Source: Solimicrobium sp.
GTDB lineage: Bacteria > Pseudomonadota > Gammaproteobacteria > Burkholderiales > Burkholderiaceae_D
Direction: 5' to 3'
DNA: 64,000 nucleotides
Assembly (NCBI GenBank): GCA_021155915.1
Contig: JAJNBE010000029.1
Location: 4,376 to 68,375, forward strand
The notes under the pieces were generated by a model. The model had not been told where the DNA came from. It saw nothing but the letters and a program-made list of their open reading frames with translations, and ran no database searches. Positions 38,449-50,026 of this stretch are shown here, piece by piece; positions within the stretch are counted from its first letter, which is position 1, and every line of letters begins with the position of its first letter. Both the position numbers and the translations under genes were made by a program.

Positions 38449-41403
38449 ATGCCGAGCGTTATAACAGTAGAACCTTTTTCGGGAAAGCCGAGTGACGAAA
38501 GAATTGCCGAGGTGTTGGAAGAAGTTCTAGATTACGGGAAGGAAAAATATCAGGAGGAAGCTCGTTTTGCTTTAATAAAGTCGTGTCGAAACAGGGAAGT
38601 GCCCGAATCAACCCGGCGAGAGGCAGAATCGTTCCTTGTACGATTTTTGAAGAAAAAATACCCCATAGAACATTGTGCGGGGTGTTACTGTGAAGGAGAA
38701 TTTGACACCAAACAATTTATTGCACAGTCTATACAAGCATTATTTATAGAAAAACTTAAGAAAGTAGCGTTAATAATAGAAAAGGAACAGGCGCTGTATT
38801 TTCAAAGGTTGAGAGATCGGCACCTTTCCGATTCAGAAAGAGTGCTTACAGAATGGGGATGTAAGTATGTGGCTAAAGAGCAAATAAGAATTTATTTACC
38901 CGAATTTCAGCCACACTATTTATATTTGAAAGACCTCGTAGAACACATCGATGACCAACTCTTTGATGAGGCCACGGTGCTGTTAATGGAAGGAAGGCTT
39001 CAGGTAGCCGCAATTATTTATCAGATGTTGGCCGAGTCGACCAACCGTTATTTTCCGAGTAAGGAAAAACTTTTTAGAGAAATGCCGTTTAGATTTGAAG
39101 AAATCACGCCTGTGTTTTTAGCATATCTTGCAGAAGCCGTGGCAATGCATCCGTTACCAAAAACTGCATATTGTCTTGGAAAACTCTATTTAAGATTCTT
39201 AAATTATCCCGAAGCTTATCCGAAGTTAATTATTGGCTCAGATAGCTTACATGGTGTTGTTCCACGTAATGTTAGGCGAAAGTGCAATGAAACAGCAATT
39301 GCTAATTTTGCTATAGCTGCAGAATACGGCTATGATCTAGCGATCAGTGCAATTCGTAGACTGGATGAAGAAAGTATCGATCCGGATATACTAAGGGCAC
39401 TCAGCGACTTATCTAGTCGAGGTGAAATTGTTGGTTTATCTTACAATCGACCGGAAAAGCTCAAAAGAAAATCAGCTAAGATAAGAAAAGACATCATTCT
39501 AGAAAGAAGATTGAACGCGCTTAGCACTGAGCAAAAGATTCTGTTTGGTATTGATGAAAATACCACTCTTGAAGCAAGAATTGAACTTGCAAATCCCTGG
39601 CTAGAGAACGGAAAATGGGGTAATGGATTCTCTTTTGGTAGTGATAAAAACGAAGTTCTAAAAGCGGTGGTAGTTTTAAGCGCGATATCTAAAGTAAAAC
39701 ATCCGACGGCATCAAAAGCTCAAAAGATCTTAGATACGTGGTTAAGTATTAGAGAAAACCGGATTTGGTTAGTTAAGCAGTATGGTATCGAGCCTTCAAT
39801 TCCTAAAGTTAAAGAAAGCTTTAGCGAACAAGTAAATATTCTTCTCAAACAGATTCAAGCGTACAAAGACCAGCAAGATTTTAAAGCAGTAGAACACCTG
39901 GTGTACCAATTGATTGATGTGGGCATAGAACTTGAGTTTTCAAAAAAAAGCATTCATCAAGAAGTGATGTGTCCGCTCTTTTATCAAATTCTGATAGACC
40001 ATCCGGGTGTCGGCGACAAATACAAGCATGAATTAAGGGCTCGCGGCGCAATACTCGGCGGAAAAGTGAATGATCGGGATGCTCTTTTGTGCCTCATTAA
40101 CGCCGCTAGTATAGAAGGCCGTCCAAACGCCTCGTACCAAGTGGGGAGACGTTATCTTCCTTATTACTATTACATGGATAACAAATTATTCATATACGAT
40201 CTTATTGAAGATGAAGAGACAGCGAAAGGGATTGAGAAAGCTATTTACTATTTCCAAAAAGCGAAAGAAGAAGGATGCTTACTTTTACATCGTGAGCTAG
40301 ACATGCTTTCAGACGTAATTCTTGCAACGCACGAGGCTGCCAGAAAAAGTCTTGAAAAACATCGTAATCGCCGTTTTTTAGATACGGATAAAGAAGACCT
40401 GCTAGAGGCAATACACCTTTATAAATTAGCTGGTTTAGCTGGAGATCGTGAAGCCACCTTTAGTTATTTATCACTTTCTCTGTCTGAGACAAATGATTCT
40501 GTCGTGCAATTTCAGCTCGCGAATTTATATTTAACCGGTCTTAACACGCCGTACCCGAAACAGGATGTGCCGAGGGCTCAAGAGCTGTTAGAGAGCTCAG
40601 CAAAAAATGGTTATGCCGAAGCGGCATTTCTTCTGGCGCATCATTATTCTCCCCACACGTCTCATGTGCCTAAACTTCGTTCAAGTGATCCTCATGCGGC
40701 TTCACTCCGATTTCTTGAAATGGCCAACAAACAGGGTCGTTTGGATACGCAATGGGCATTGCTAAACAGAGAGCAAGCATTTGCGAATTTAGAAAAAGAA
40801 AACTATCCGGCAGCTCTTTTTTATCTGCTTTCATTAACACAGGAAGACGACGCAACGGTGTACTTCCAACTCGGGGATATGCACCTGAAAGGCCTGGGGA
40901 TGAAGTACCAAAACTTTGAAAAAGCCATTCACTTTTATCGGAAAGCGGATGAAAAAAATCATTTCTTAGCTCCATTCATGATTGCGCAGTCTTATCTGGA
41001 AAAGGCTAACTCTTCCGTGCTGGGTACAATAAATGGTGATTTTGACAGAGCATTTGATGGGTTTAAGCAAATTTCAGAAAAGAAAGAGGCAAAAGATAAC
41101 TATTATGGAGAAGCTAGCTACTTGATCGCCACGGTTTTTAAATGGAAGCTTAATGCAAGTGAAGTACCAGTTTATCTAAAAAAGGCTTATGAACAAGGCT
41201 ATACAAGAGCCAGAGAAGATATTTTTGTTCTGAGTGAACAATTTCGTCAGAATGTTGAGAAGTGTACTTTTAAAAATGATGTTGAGCTCGCACTAGCCGA
41301 TGAATTACTGCAGTTTTCTGCTGATGCGAAATATCTGAAAGCGCAGCACAAACTGGAAGCCCTTAAGAGAGCGGGAAATAATGAAGTTAAGGAATTAGCG
41401 TAG
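38449..41403 (+). CDS. Large helical protein with scattered Sel1-like repeats (984 aa), candidate effector
   Basis: FQLANLYLTG...AQELLESSAKNG and FQLGDMHLKGLG...AIHFYRKA repeats. There is no obvious RBS, and the frame is open upstream to ~38305. Confidence 0.8.
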   Translation: MPSVITVEPFSGKPSDERIAEVLEEVLDYGKEKYQEEARFALIKSCRNREVPESTRREAESFLVRFLKKKYPIEHCAGCYCEGEFDTKQFIAQSIQALFIEKLKKVALIIEKEQALYFQRLRDRHLSDSERVLTEWGCKYVAKEQIRIYLPEFQPHYLYLKDLVEHIDDQLFDEATVLLMEGRLQVAAIIYQMLAESTNRYFPSKEKLFREMPFRFEEITPVFLAYLAEAVAMHPLPKTAYCLGKLYLRFLNYPEAYPKLIIGSDSLHGVVPRNVRRKCNETAIANFAIAAEYGYDLAISAIRRLDEESIDPDILRALSDLSSRGEIVGLSYNRPEKLKRKSAKIRKDIILERRLNALSTEQKILFGIDENTTLEARIELANPWLENGKWGNGFSFGSDKNEVLKAVVVLSAISKVKHPTASKAQKILDTWLSIRENRIWLVKQYGIEPSIPKVKESFSEQVNILLKQIQAYKDQQDFKAVEHLVYQLIDVGIELEFSKKSIHQEVMCPLFYQILIDHPGVGDKYKHELRARGAILGGKVNDRDALLCLINAASIEGRPNASYQVGRRYLPYYYYMDNKLFIYDLIEDEETAKGIEKAIYYFQKAKEEGCLLLHRELDMLSDVILATHEAARKSLEKHRNRRFLDTDKEDLLEAIHLYKLAGLAGDREATFSYLSLSLSETNDSVVQFQLANLYLTGLNTPYPKQDVPRAQELLESSAKNGYAEAAFLLAHHYSPHTSHVPKLRSSDPHAASLRFLEMANKQGRLDTQWALLNREQAFANLEKENYPAALFYLLSLTQEDDATVYFQLGDMHLKGLGMKYQNFEKAIHFYRKADEKNHFLAPFMIAQSYLEKANSSVLGTINGDFDRAFDGFKQISEKKEAKDNYYGEASYLIATVFKWKLNASEVPVYLKKAYEQGYTRAREDIFVLSEQFRQNVEKCTFKNDVELALADELLQFSADAKYLKAQHKLEALKRAGNNEVKELA

Positions 41404-41472
41404 AGAGTGGCGATGGAGAACTCAAGAGACTAAATAGACTAACAGGTTAGAAGCTTAAAATTGAAAGGGCGT

Positions 41473-42900
41473 ATGTCCACAGCATTAGTTTGGTTCCGAC
41501 AAGATTTACGTTGTAGTGATAATCCGGCCTTCGCAGCAGCATGCAATCATCATCAATTTGTGGTGCCTCTGTACATCCAGGACAACCAGACTCTTCTCCT
41601 AGGTGAGGCACAAAAATGGTGGATTCATCATAGTTTATTGGCCTTAAAACAAAAGTTGCGTCAGCATGGACTAACTTTGGTTTTACGCAGGGGTGTCGCA
41701 ACTGAAATAATTACACAATTAGTTCGCGAACATTCGATTGATGCAGTCTATTGGAATCGTTGCTATGAACCCGCAGCAATTGCCTGCGACTTCATGATTA
41801 AAGAATCACTAGAAAAAAAAGAAATTCAGGTTTTTACCAGCAATGCAAGCTTGTTGAATGAGCCTTGGGAAATAAAAAATAAGTCCGGCGATTACTACAA
41901 AGTATTCACGCCGTATTGGAAACATTGTTTGAAACAACATCACCACGAACAGCCGATATGCATTCAAGGAAATCCGCACGGAGTAGATGTATACGGTGAT
42001 CAGCTTAGTGATTGGTTTTTGCTACCAAAAAAAATAAATTGGGCTGCTGAATTTGGACAGCATTGGCAACCTGGCGAGGACGGTGCGCAAATGAGGTTAG
42101 ACGCATTCATTTCCGATCGCTTAAGGGGTTACAAAGAAGCCAGAAATGTTCCGGCAAAAAGTGCCACGTCGACACTTTCTCCTCATTTGCATTTTGGCGA
42201 GATAAGCCCTTGGAAAATACGCACGGCAATCGATTTTGCGATGCTAGATAAAAATGGTGACCTGGCATCAGCCGACCGTTTTTTATCTGAAATTGGCTGG
42301 CGGGAATTTTCTTACCATTTGCTTTATCACTTCCCCGCTCTTCCATACGCTAACTTCAAACCGCAATTTGATGCTTTTCCCTGGAAAAATGACGCTCAGC
42401 ATATAGAAAGCTGGAAACGAGGATTAACTGGCTATCCGATTGTTGACGCCGGCATGCGTGAATTATGGCGCACCGGTTACATGCACAATCGGGTGCGGAT
42501 GATTGTGGCATCCTTTCTAACCAAGCATTTATTAGTAGACTGGCGGATAGGCGCTGACTGGTTTTTAACGACATTATTAGATGCCGATCTAGCGAATAAC
42601 TCAGCAAGTTGGCAATGGGTAGCTGGGAGCGGGGCAGATGCTGCACCTTATTTTCGCATTTTTAATCCTATTATTCAAAGCGAGAAGTTTGATCCCACTG
42701 GAGAATACATCCGGCGCTGGGTACCGGAATTAGCGAACATTGCCAGCAAATGGATACATCAGCCCTCGCGTGCTCCAAAAGATGAGCTTGGATTGATTAT
42801 AGGGCGCGACTATCCCGCCCCGATTGTTGAGCACGAACAAGCACGAAAATTGGCTCTAATGCAATATCGATTGATTAGAAATAAAACTCAGGCAGTTTGA
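41473..42900 (+). CDS. phrB: Class I CPD DNA photolyase
   Basis: LVWFRQDLR, LSPHLHFGEIS, WREF, HNRVRMIVASFLTK, LDADLANN..WQW. Confidence 0.95.
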   Translation: MSTALVWFRQDLRCSDNPAFAAACNHHQFVVPLYIQDNQTLLLGEAQKWWIHHSLLALKQKLRQHGLTLVLRRGVATEIITQLVREHSIDAVYWNRCYEPAAIACDFMIKESLEKKEIQVFTSNASLLNEPWEIKNKSGDYYKVFTPYWKHCLKQHHHEQPICIQGNPHGVDVYGDQLSDWFLLPKKINWAAEFGQHWQPGEDGAQMRLDAFISDRLRGYKEARNVPAKSATSTLSPHLHFGEISPWKIRTAIDFAMLDKNGDLASADRFLSEIGWREFSYHLLYHFPALPYANFKPQFDAFPWKNDAQHIESWKRGLTGYPIVDAGMRELWRTGYMHNRVRMIVASFLTKHLLVDWRIGADWFLTTLLDADLANNSASWQWVAGSGADAAPYFRIFNPIIQSEKFDPTGEYIRRWVPELANIASKWIHQPSRAPKDELGLIIGRDYPAPIVEHEQARKLALMQYRLIRNKTQAV

Positions 42901-42966
42901 TAGAAGGTATTAAAAAAAAAGCTGACGAACTTGTTCAGATTTATGCTCATCTGATTTTGTTAGGAA

Positions 42967-43737
42967 TTAAAACATTTCTATTTCGCTCAAATAGCGCCAT
43001 TTTCCTTCCGGCAAATTTCCCAGTTTAATCCGCCCGATTCGTACGCGTTTTAAACCAAGAACGGTTAATCCAACTGCTTCGCACATACGTCGAATTTGCC
43101 GTTTTTTGCCTTCCTTCAGAATAAAATTTAATTGATCTTCATTTTGCCAGCGGACTTTTGCAGGTAGCAGTTGTTTACCGTCGAGTGAGAGCCCATGGTT
43201 AAGGCGCTTCAGATCAGCGTCAGGTAGCCGTTCTCCTTTGCTATCGCCTCTGTTATATTGCACACGCACTAAATATTCTTTTTCGACGGGACTATTTTGG
43301 CCGATCAGGTGTTTGGCGATTCTGCCGTCTTGCGTCAATACCAATAGACCGGTGGAGTCAATGTCTAGTCTCCCGGCTGCCACTAGGCTACGTAATTGTG
43401 TAGGGTGAAACTGCAGCGGCAACTTATCTTCTTCCCAGCGGTTTTCTGATTTAACTAAGCAGATCGCCGGTTCGTAGCCGTTTTCAGCCTGACCGCTCAC
43501 ATAACCAACCGGTTTGTTAATAAGCACGGTCACACGTTTTGATTGCTCAGCGGCTGCCTGACGTTCGATGGTAATTTTTTGACTGGCAAGAATTTTCGTG
43601 CCCAGTTCCGAGATCACCCGGCCATCGACCCGTACCCAGCCCCGGCTAATCCATTCGTCAGCTTCGCGTCGGGAGCAAAGGCCCAATTCAGACATGCGTT
43701 TTGAAAGGCGAAGTGGTTCGTTAGAGAGATTATTCAT
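42967..43737 (-). CDS. rRNA pseudouridine synthase, RsuA/RluB/RluF family
   Basis: S4 domain CSRREAD, GRLDIDSTG, EGKKRQIRRM. Confidence 0.93.
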   Translation of the reverse strand: MNNLSNEPLRLSKRMSELGLCSRREADEWISRGWVRVDGRVISELGTKILASQKITIERQAAAEQSKRVTVLINKPVGYVSGQAENGYEPAICLVKSENRWEEDKLPLQFHPTQLRSLVAAGRLDIDSTGLLVLTQDGRIAKHLIGQNSPVEKEYLVRVQYNRGDSKGERLPDADLKRLNHGLSLDGKQLLPAKVRWQNEDQLNFILKEGKKRQIRRMCEAVGLTVLGLKRVRIGRIKLGNLPEGKWRYLSEIEMF

Positions 43738-43747
43738 AATTAATTAT

Positions 43748-46324
43748 TCAAATGGTTAGCGCATCCAACAGTTCGGTTTCTAATTGGATTTGCATACGAG
43801 GATTTTGTAAAGCGTAGCCATCAATTAAGAAAACGTCTTCTACCCTTTCCCCCAAGGTCATAATTTTCGCCGTGTAAAGATAAATTTTATAGCTAGCCAA
43901 TACCCGTGCAATTGAATATAGAAGTCCGATGCGGTCGTTTGCTGTAATAGAAAGTAAATAATATTGGCCTCGTTCATCAGGCCGTAAGTCGACGGTTGGA
44001 GTGATGGGAAATGTACGTGCTAAGCGCGATAAACGTGACAAATGGCGCTTGTCTGGCATCGACAAAATCGCTTTACTGCTTAACAGCAAAGTTAATTCAT
44101 GCTCGATCCGATTAATTATCTGCTCGTAGTTGACGGTAATTGTTGGAACTGAGATCAAAAAAGTATCTAAGGCATACCCATGTTTTGTGGTATGAATTTT
44201 TGCATCCAAAATACTTAGTCCTTTGCCGTCAAAATAACCGCAAATGCGGCTAAATAAATCTGGCTGATCATTAACATAGACGGCCACTTGTAAGCCTTCA
44301 CCGATGGGTGCAATTCGACATTTGACGACTGAACTTTTGTTATTGGTTTTATCGAAAAATGCACTAGTTTGCCAAGCGATATCCTCTGCATCATTACGTA
44401 AAAAATAAACTATGTCGAGCTGCTTCCATAATTCTACGTGGGCGTTTTCAGGTAATTCCTGCCGACTCAGATGTGCCAATGCTTCCTCTTGACGGTTTTT
44501 AAGTTCGCGGTCCGGTGAAGAAGTTTCGCCCCCTAAAGTACGTAACGTCAGATAATACAAATCTTCCAGTAATTTTCCTTTCCAGGCATTCCACAATTTA
44601 GGATTCGTACCCCTAATATCAGCAACGGTGAGCAAATAGAGTGCGGTGAGACGGCGCTCATCGTGGACAATTTCAGCAAATTGCTGGATAACTTCAGGAT
44701 TAGATAGATCCTGTTTTTGTGCAACCTGTGACATTAATAAATGGTACCTGACCAGAAAAACAATTAGTTCAGTTTGTTCGCCGGTAAACCGATGCTGGTA
44801 GCAAAAAACCTTGGCATCTTCTCCCCCTAATTGTGAATGGTCACCATGACGACCTTTCGCAATATCGTGAAAAAGAGCCGCCACATAAAGTAGCCAAAAT
44901 TGTGGAAAATTTGCACTTAACTGGCTGCAAAAAGGATATTCATGTGCATGTTCCGGCATAGTAAAGCAGCGTAAGTTCCGCACGACCATTAAGATGTGTT
45001 GGTCAACAGTGTATACATGAACTAAGTCATGTTGCATTTGCCCAATAATTCGGTGGAAATTGGGTAAATACCGACCTAAAATACTCATTTGATTCATGCC
45101 GCGTAGTGCATGCGTTATTCCTTGTGGAGCTTGCAGAATCTGTAAAAATAACTGTTGATTAGTGGAATTTAGTCGGAACGTTTTATTGACATTGAAACGT
45201 GCATGCCAGAGCGCACGTAATGTGGGAGCAGACATTCCTTTGAGTTCTGAGTGCTGCGCAAGCAATAAAAAAATTTCTAAAATGGCTGAAGGTCGATGTT
45301 CAAATAACTGTAAGTCTGCCGGCTCGAGGAAACCATTGATTTCTCTAAAATCGACGTTAATATGATGTGATGTTGATGTGGAAATAAAGAGTTTTGCTTC
45401 AATATTTTGTAATAAAATCGTATTCAATTGAGTGACTGTCTTCGCGGCCCAATAATAGCGCTGCATTAGATATTCGCTGGAACGTCGGGTCGCTGTCGTT
45501 TTGAATTTGAACGTTTCAGCTATGGGCATCTGTGCATCAAACACTAAGCGATCTTCGCGCCGTTTCATATACAAATGTAAGCGAATTCGAATGTCTTTAA
45601 ATGCGCGTTCATTACGTTTCAATTGACGTGCCTCAGTGGCAGTTATTAAACCTCGGGCAGCCAGTTCGGACCAGGAATTTCCTAGCCTTGCAGCTTTGGC
45701 TATCCATAAAATAACTTGTAAATCGCGTAGTCCTCCAGGGCTTTCTTTGCAGTTGGGTTCTAAGCTGTATGGGGTGTCTTCATACTTGAAGTGGCGCTGC
45801 CGTAATTCCAGTGTTTTTGCCCGAAAGAAATCTTGCGGATTCATCGCTGCTTTATATTTTTCGCACAGAGCTAAAAATAATGAGTGGTTTCCAGTAATAA
45901 GTCGCGCTTCGAGCAAACCGGTTTGGACAGTGATGTCTGCCTTTGATTCCTGCAGGCATTCACCAATAGTGCGTATACTATGACCGAACTCTAAGCCCAG
46001 ATCCCAGAAATGTTGTACTAACCTTTCAAGTTTTGCGCATAATGCCTCATCCGCTGCGGTTGGCAAAAGTACTAAAATATCAATGTCAGAGTAGGGGAAT
46101 AACTCACCACGTCCATAACCGCCGACGCTAATCAGACTAATAGTCTCTGGCAACTCCAACGCTTGCCAAACTTCGATGAGTGCCAGGTCGACACTATGGC
46201 ATATATCATGAAGCAGAGTTTCTGGGGTCTTCTTATTTTGCGAAAACTCCTCAGTCAAACGCTGATGGCGCGTTTTTAAGTGTTCCTTTAGCGTTTGTGC
46301 CAAGGGTTGCATGAAGTCATTCAC
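43748..46324 (-). CDS. glnD: PII uridylyltransferase/uridylyl-removing enzyme
   Basis: [17 protein letters not shown] domain ([16 protein letters not shown]), C-terminal ACT domains. Confidence 0.97.
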   Translation of the reverse strand: MNDFMQPLAQTLKEHLKTRHQRLTEEFSQNKKTPETLLHDICHSVDLALIEVWQALELPETISLISVGGYGRGELFPYSDIDILVLLPTAADEALCAKLERLVQHFWDLGLEFGHSIRTIGECLQESKADITVQTGLLEARLITGNHSLFLALCEKYKAAMNPQDFFRAKTLELRQRHFKYEDTPYSLEPNCKESPGGLRDLQVILWIAKAARLGNSWSELAARGLITATEARQLKRNERAFKDIRIRLHLYMKRREDRLVFDAQMPIAETFKFKTTATRRSSEYLMQRYYWAAKTVTQLNTILLQNIEAKLFISTSTSHHINVDFREINGFLEPADLQLFEHRPSAILEIFLLLAQHSELKGMSAPTLRALWHARFNVNKTFRLNSTNQQLFLQILQAPQGITHALRGMNQMSILGRYLPNFHRIIGQMQHDLVHVYTVDQHILMVVRNLRCFTMPEHAHEYPFCSQLSANFPQFWLLYVAALFHDIAKGRHGDHSQLGGEDAKVFCYQHRFTGEQTELIVFLVRYHLLMSQVAQKQDLSNPEVIQQFAEIVHDERRLTALYLLTVADIRGTNPKLWNAWKGKLLEDLYYLTLRTLGGETSSPDRELKNRQEEALAHLSRQELPENAHVELWKQLDIVYFLRNDAEDIAWQTSAFFDKTNNKSSVVKCRIAPIGEGLQVAVYVNDQPDLFSRICGYFDGKGLSILDAKIHTTKHGYALDTFLISVPTITVNYEQIINRIEHELTLLLSSKAILSMPDKRHLSRLSRLARTFPITPTVDLRPDERGQYYLLSITANDRIGLLYSIARVLASYKIYLYTAKIMTLGERVEDVFLIDGYALQNPRMQIQLETELLDALTI

Positions 46325-46377
46325 TTAATTAACGTTATGTGCTATCGGTGATTTCTGCTACTTCAAAACCGATAAAT

Positions 46378-47190
46378 TTAAGGTTGTGTCAAAATAAATG
46401 CCGGAGGTGGCGGCATTCCTGCCGATGAGGTAAGTACTTCAAAACCGGTTTCGGTAACTAGCACGGTGTGTTCCCATTGTGCAGATAAGCTGCGATCACG
46501 CGTTTTAATGGTCCAGCCATCCGGCATCTCACGGATTTCTTTGCGTCCCGCATTAATCATAGGCTCGACGGTAAAAATCATCCCGGGTAACATTTCAGTT
46601 AAGGTGCCTGGTCGGCCATAATGCAAAATTTGCGGTTCTTCATGAAAAACTTTGCCGATACCATGTCCACAAAATTCCCTTACTACACTGTAACCTGCTT
46701 TTTCCGCATGCTGTTGAATGATGTAACCAATATCACCCAAATGGTTACCCGGTTTGATTTTGGAAATACCTAGCCACATGCATTCGAAGGTAATGTCGGT
46801 AAGGCGTTTAGCCAGAATAGAAGGCTCACCTATAAAAAACATTCGGCTGGTGTCGCCGTGATATCCATTTTTGATGACAGTAATGTCAAGGTTTACGACG
46901 TCACCACTTTTCAACACTTTATCACCGGGAATACCGTGGCAGATGACATCGTTAACGGAAGTGCAAATGGCTTTAGGGTAAGGTGTATACCCTGGCGGGC
47001 AATAATTTAATGGCGCGGGAATGGTGGCCTGCACATTTACCATATATTCATGGCATAAACGATCGAGTTCACCGGTGGTAATCCCTGGCTTAACAAAGGG
47101 AGTAATATAATCCAGAACCTCGGAGCCCAAGCGGCCCGCTACGCGCATGCCTTCTATATCCTCGGTAGTTTTAATAGTAATATTGCTCAT
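46378..47190 (-). CDS. map: Methionine aminopeptidase
   Basis: ICHGIPGD, GYHGDTSR, GHGIG..FHEEP, SAQWEHT. Confidence 0.98.
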   Translation of the reverse strand: MSNITIKTTEDIEGMRVAGRLGSEVLDYITPFVKPGITTGELDRLCHEYMVNVQATIPAPLNYCPPGYTPYPKAICTSVNDVICHGIPGDKVLKSGDVVNLDITVIKNGYHGDTSRMFFIGEPSILAKRLTDITFECMWLGISKIKPGNHLGDIGYIIQQHAEKAGYSVVREFCGHGIGKVFHEEPQILHYGRPGTLTEMLPGMIFTVEPMINAGRKEIREMPDGWTIKTRDRSLSAQWEHTVLVTETGFEVLTSSAGMPPPPAFILTQP

Positions 47191-47415
47191 TCTGTTGCCT
47201 GGTAGGTAAGTGAGTCACGCTTGAAGTCTCTAAGCTAAAGCATTAAGAATTGAAAAGTCTTCTGAGCATGGAATTATAGACTATCTGGATGTCCGCGGCT
47301 CGTAGGTAACTCTATTTAGGGTTGAACCACTCGCTATTTTTAGTGTAGAATTCGGGCCTTACTCATTAAGTAGTGGGTAACAAGAAGTCAATAAGAAGTT
47401 AGAAAATCGTTAAAT

Positions 47416-47485
47416 CGCGAATCTGATTCATATAAAAGGGTGCTCATTTAGAGTCACTGATCAGATTTCAGAGCAAACCCTGGAG
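47416..47485 (+). ncRNA. Probable rpsB leader (S2 autoregulatory RNA)
   Basis: aatctga/tcagatt stem plus GGGU (47438-47441) and ACCC (47477-47480) just upstream of the RBS; position is typical. Confidence 0.5.
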
Positions 47486-47491
47486 AAAATT

Positions 47492-48241
47492 ATGTCGGTA
47501 TCAATGCGTGAAATGTTGGAAGCGGGCGTCCATTTCGGACATCAAACTCGTTTTTGGAATCCCAAGATGGCTCCGTTTATTTTTGGTCATCGTAATAAAA
47601 TTCACATTATTAACTTGGAAAAGACGTTAAGTTTATACCAAGAGGCAATGAAATTCGTTCGCCAGACCTCCGCTAAACGCGGTACCATTTTGATGGTTGG
47701 TACTAAACGTCAAGCACGTGATCTGATCGCTGCTGAAGCGCAACGCGCAGGTGTGCCGTATGTTGATCAGCGTTGGTTGGGCGGTATGTTGACTAACTTT
47801 AAAACGGTTAAAACCTCGATCAAGCGTTTAAAAGATATGGAAGCGCAAGTTCAGGAAGGTGCCGTAGAAAAACTAAGTAAAAAAGAAGCACTGATGTTTG
47901 ACCGTGAAATGATTAAGTTGCAAAAGGCAATCGGTGGCATTAAAGACATGGGTGGTGTTCCAGATGCTATTTTTGTAGTGGACGTCGGATACCATAAAGG
48001 TGCAGTTACCGAAGCCGCTAAATTAGGTATTCCGGTAATTGGTGTAGTTGATACTAATCACTCTCCAGATGGGGTTCAGTTCGTCATTCCCGGTAACGAT
48101 GATTCTTCCAAAGCAATCGCTTTATATGCTCGGGGTGTGGCAGATGCGATTCTTGAAGGTCGGGAAAATGCGATTAATGAAGTGGTTGAGGCTATCAAAG
48201 CGGGTGGCGACGATTTTGTAGAAGTTGCCGAACCAGTTTAA
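47492..48241 (+). CDS. rpsB: 30S ribosomal protein S2
   Basis: [26 protein letters not shown]. Confidence 0.99.
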   Translation: MSVSMREMLEAGVHFGHQTRFWNPKMAPFIFGHRNKIHIINLEKTLSLYQEAMKFVRQTSAKRGTILMVGTKRQARDLIAAEAQRAGVPYVDQRWLGGMLTNFKTVKTSIKRLKDMEAQVQEGAVEKLSKKEALMFDREMIKLQKAIGGIKDMGGVPDAIFVVDVGYHKGAVTEAAKLGIPVIGVVDTNHSPDGVQFVIPGNDDSSKAIALYARGVADAILEGRENAINEVVEAIKAGGDDFVEVAEPV

Positions 48242-48280
48242 CGCTAATCATATAAGGTTATCGTCAGGATGACTTTTGCG

Positions 48281-48310
48281 AAAAAGGGGCAGATTAAGCC
48301 CCTTTTTTTT
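48281..48310 (+). terminator. Intrinsic terminator/attenuator between rpsB and tsf
   Basis: aaaaaggggc-agattaa-gccccttttttttt. Confidence 0.8.
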
Positions 48311-48446
48311 AGGATTAGGATTTATGCAAAACTATCTTGTAGCCATTGGCCAAACTGATCGCTTTTGAATGGATTATGTATAATTTCTAAACAAAAATAA
48401 ATTGATGCGCCCAGATAACAATAGGGGGCGGATGAAACAGGAGAGA

Positions 48447-49364
48447 ATGATGACAGAAAATACTTTAACAAACCGGTTAACCATATCGGCAGCAATGGTG
48501 GGTGAATTACGCGCAAAAACAGATGCGCCCATGATGGAATGCAAAAAGGCATTGACGGAAGCGGAAGGAGATATGGACCGTGCTGAAGAAATTCTGCGCG
48601 TCAAATTAGGCGGTAAGGCGTCAAAAGCGGCGTCACGCGTTACTGCTGAAGGCGTTGTTGCCGCTTATGTCGCAGGGAATGTTGGCGCATTAATTGAAGT
48701 GAATTGTGAAACGGATTTTGTGACTAAAAATGATGAGTTTTTAGCGTTGGCAAATACGTGCGCTAAGCTGGTTGCTGAACATAACCCCTCTGATATTGCA
48801 GCGTTGTCTGCATTGCCGTTGAATAAAGGCGACGACATTACAGTAGAAAATCTACGTACCACGTTGATTGGGCGGATAGGCGAAAATATGTCTATTCGCC
48901 GTTTCGCACGCTTCGATTCAACATCAAAATTGAGTACTTATTTGCACGGAACTCGTATTGGTGTCATCGTCGATTTTGATGGTACCAATGACCAAGTTGG
49001 GAAAGATGTGGCCATGCATATTGCAGCGATGAAGCCGGTCTCTTTGTCTATTGATCAGGTTCCTGCTGAATTAATTGAGAAAGAACGTTCGGTGGCGACC
49101 TTAAAAGCGGCTGAGTCCGGTAAGCCAGCTGACATCGCTACTAAAATGGTTGAGGGCTCAGTGCAGAAATTTTTAAAAGAAGTCTCATTGTTAAATCAAC
49201 CATTCGTTAAGAATGATAAACAGACTGTTGAACAAATGTTAAAAGCGGAATCTTCTGTAGTTAAGGCGTTTAAAATGTTTATTGTCGGTGAAGGTATTGA
49301 GAAAAAACAGGACGATTTCGCTGCTGAAGTAGCTGCTCAGGTCGCTGCTGCGCAAAACGCTTAA
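48447..49364 (+). CDS. tsf: Elongation factor Ts
   Basis: [29 protein letters not shown] aggag upstream of ATG 48447. Confidence 0.98.
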   Translation: MMTENTLTNRLTISAAMVGELRAKTDAPMMECKKALTEAEGDMDRAEEILRVKLGGKASKAASRVTAEGVVAAYVAGNVGALIEVNCETDFVTKNDEFLALANTCAKLVAEHNPSDIAALSALPLNKGDDITVENLRTTLIGRIGENMSIRRFARFDSTSKLSTYLHGTRIGVIVDFDGTNDQVGKDVAMHIAAMKPVSLSIDQVPAELIEKERSVATLKAAESGKPADIATKMVEGSVQKFLKEVSLLNQPFVKNDKQTVEQMLKAESSVVKAFKMFIVGEGIEKKQDDFAAEVAAQVAAAQNA

Positions 49365-49524
49365 TATGTTCGTTAGCCCAGATTAGCGGGTTGGAGCGAC
49401 GTAAGCATAATCAGATAGAGTAATAAATGAATGACAGACTGATCAGTGACCGTAATGCAGTTAAAGGCAAAGGTGCAGAGCATTTTTTTCTCGTTGCTTT
49501 ATTTCGTCGTTGACCTATATTAGG

Positions 49525-49548
49525 CGGGCCATTAGGCCCGTTTTTTTT
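49525..49548 (+). terminator. Intrinsic terminator downstream of tsf
   Basis: cgggcc-atta-ggcccg followed by T8. Confidence 0.85.
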
Positions 49549-49561
49549 AATATTATTTAAA

Positions 49562-49912
49562 CCTAAATTCCTCTGTTGACCGCTTCTTAGCTTCGATGGC
49601 AGATTGGATGCATTGAGGATTTCGCTCTTACCTACTTCACCGTTTAGGTGGGAGCGCTACAGGCTCGCCATAGGCTAGCCACCGGCTCAATGGTACGTTT
49701 TTCCGACTACTTACCGTGTTGCTCCTCCTGACAACATACAGGTTGCCGCGTCGTCGCGGTGCAGCAGGGATTTCAGAATGCATGCATTCTGCCAGCGGAA
49801 CGGACTTTCCCTGCAGGGGAAGTTTCCTGAGCACCAGTAGAATTAATGCGGCCAGCAAGCCGGAAAAACGTACGCTTGTATCTGTGGTGAACCTCCAACA
49901 GGGGTATTTAGG
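49562..49912 (-). mobile_element. MITE-like family B full-length copy (351 bp)
   Basis: Inverted homologue of 17221-17576; ends cctaaattcctctgttg / caacaggggtatttagg; flanks share taaa. Confidence 0.88.
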
Positions 49913-50026
49913 TAAAAATAGTTTGGGAAAAAAATTTGACGAGCCCAGTTAATTTTCTTCCTCTCAAAGTTCTGTGAAGTAGAGGCCGCGAAGCGTTATT
50001 TAGAATGCGCACTAATTTAGCATAAT

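Noticed and set aside
16887-49952. Short ORFs arising from MITE sequence (16887..17162, 17251..17481, 23280..23468, 31238..31453, 49637..49858, 49716..49952)
   Set aside because: They are translations of the repeated elements, with no transposase motifs or evidence of independent genes.
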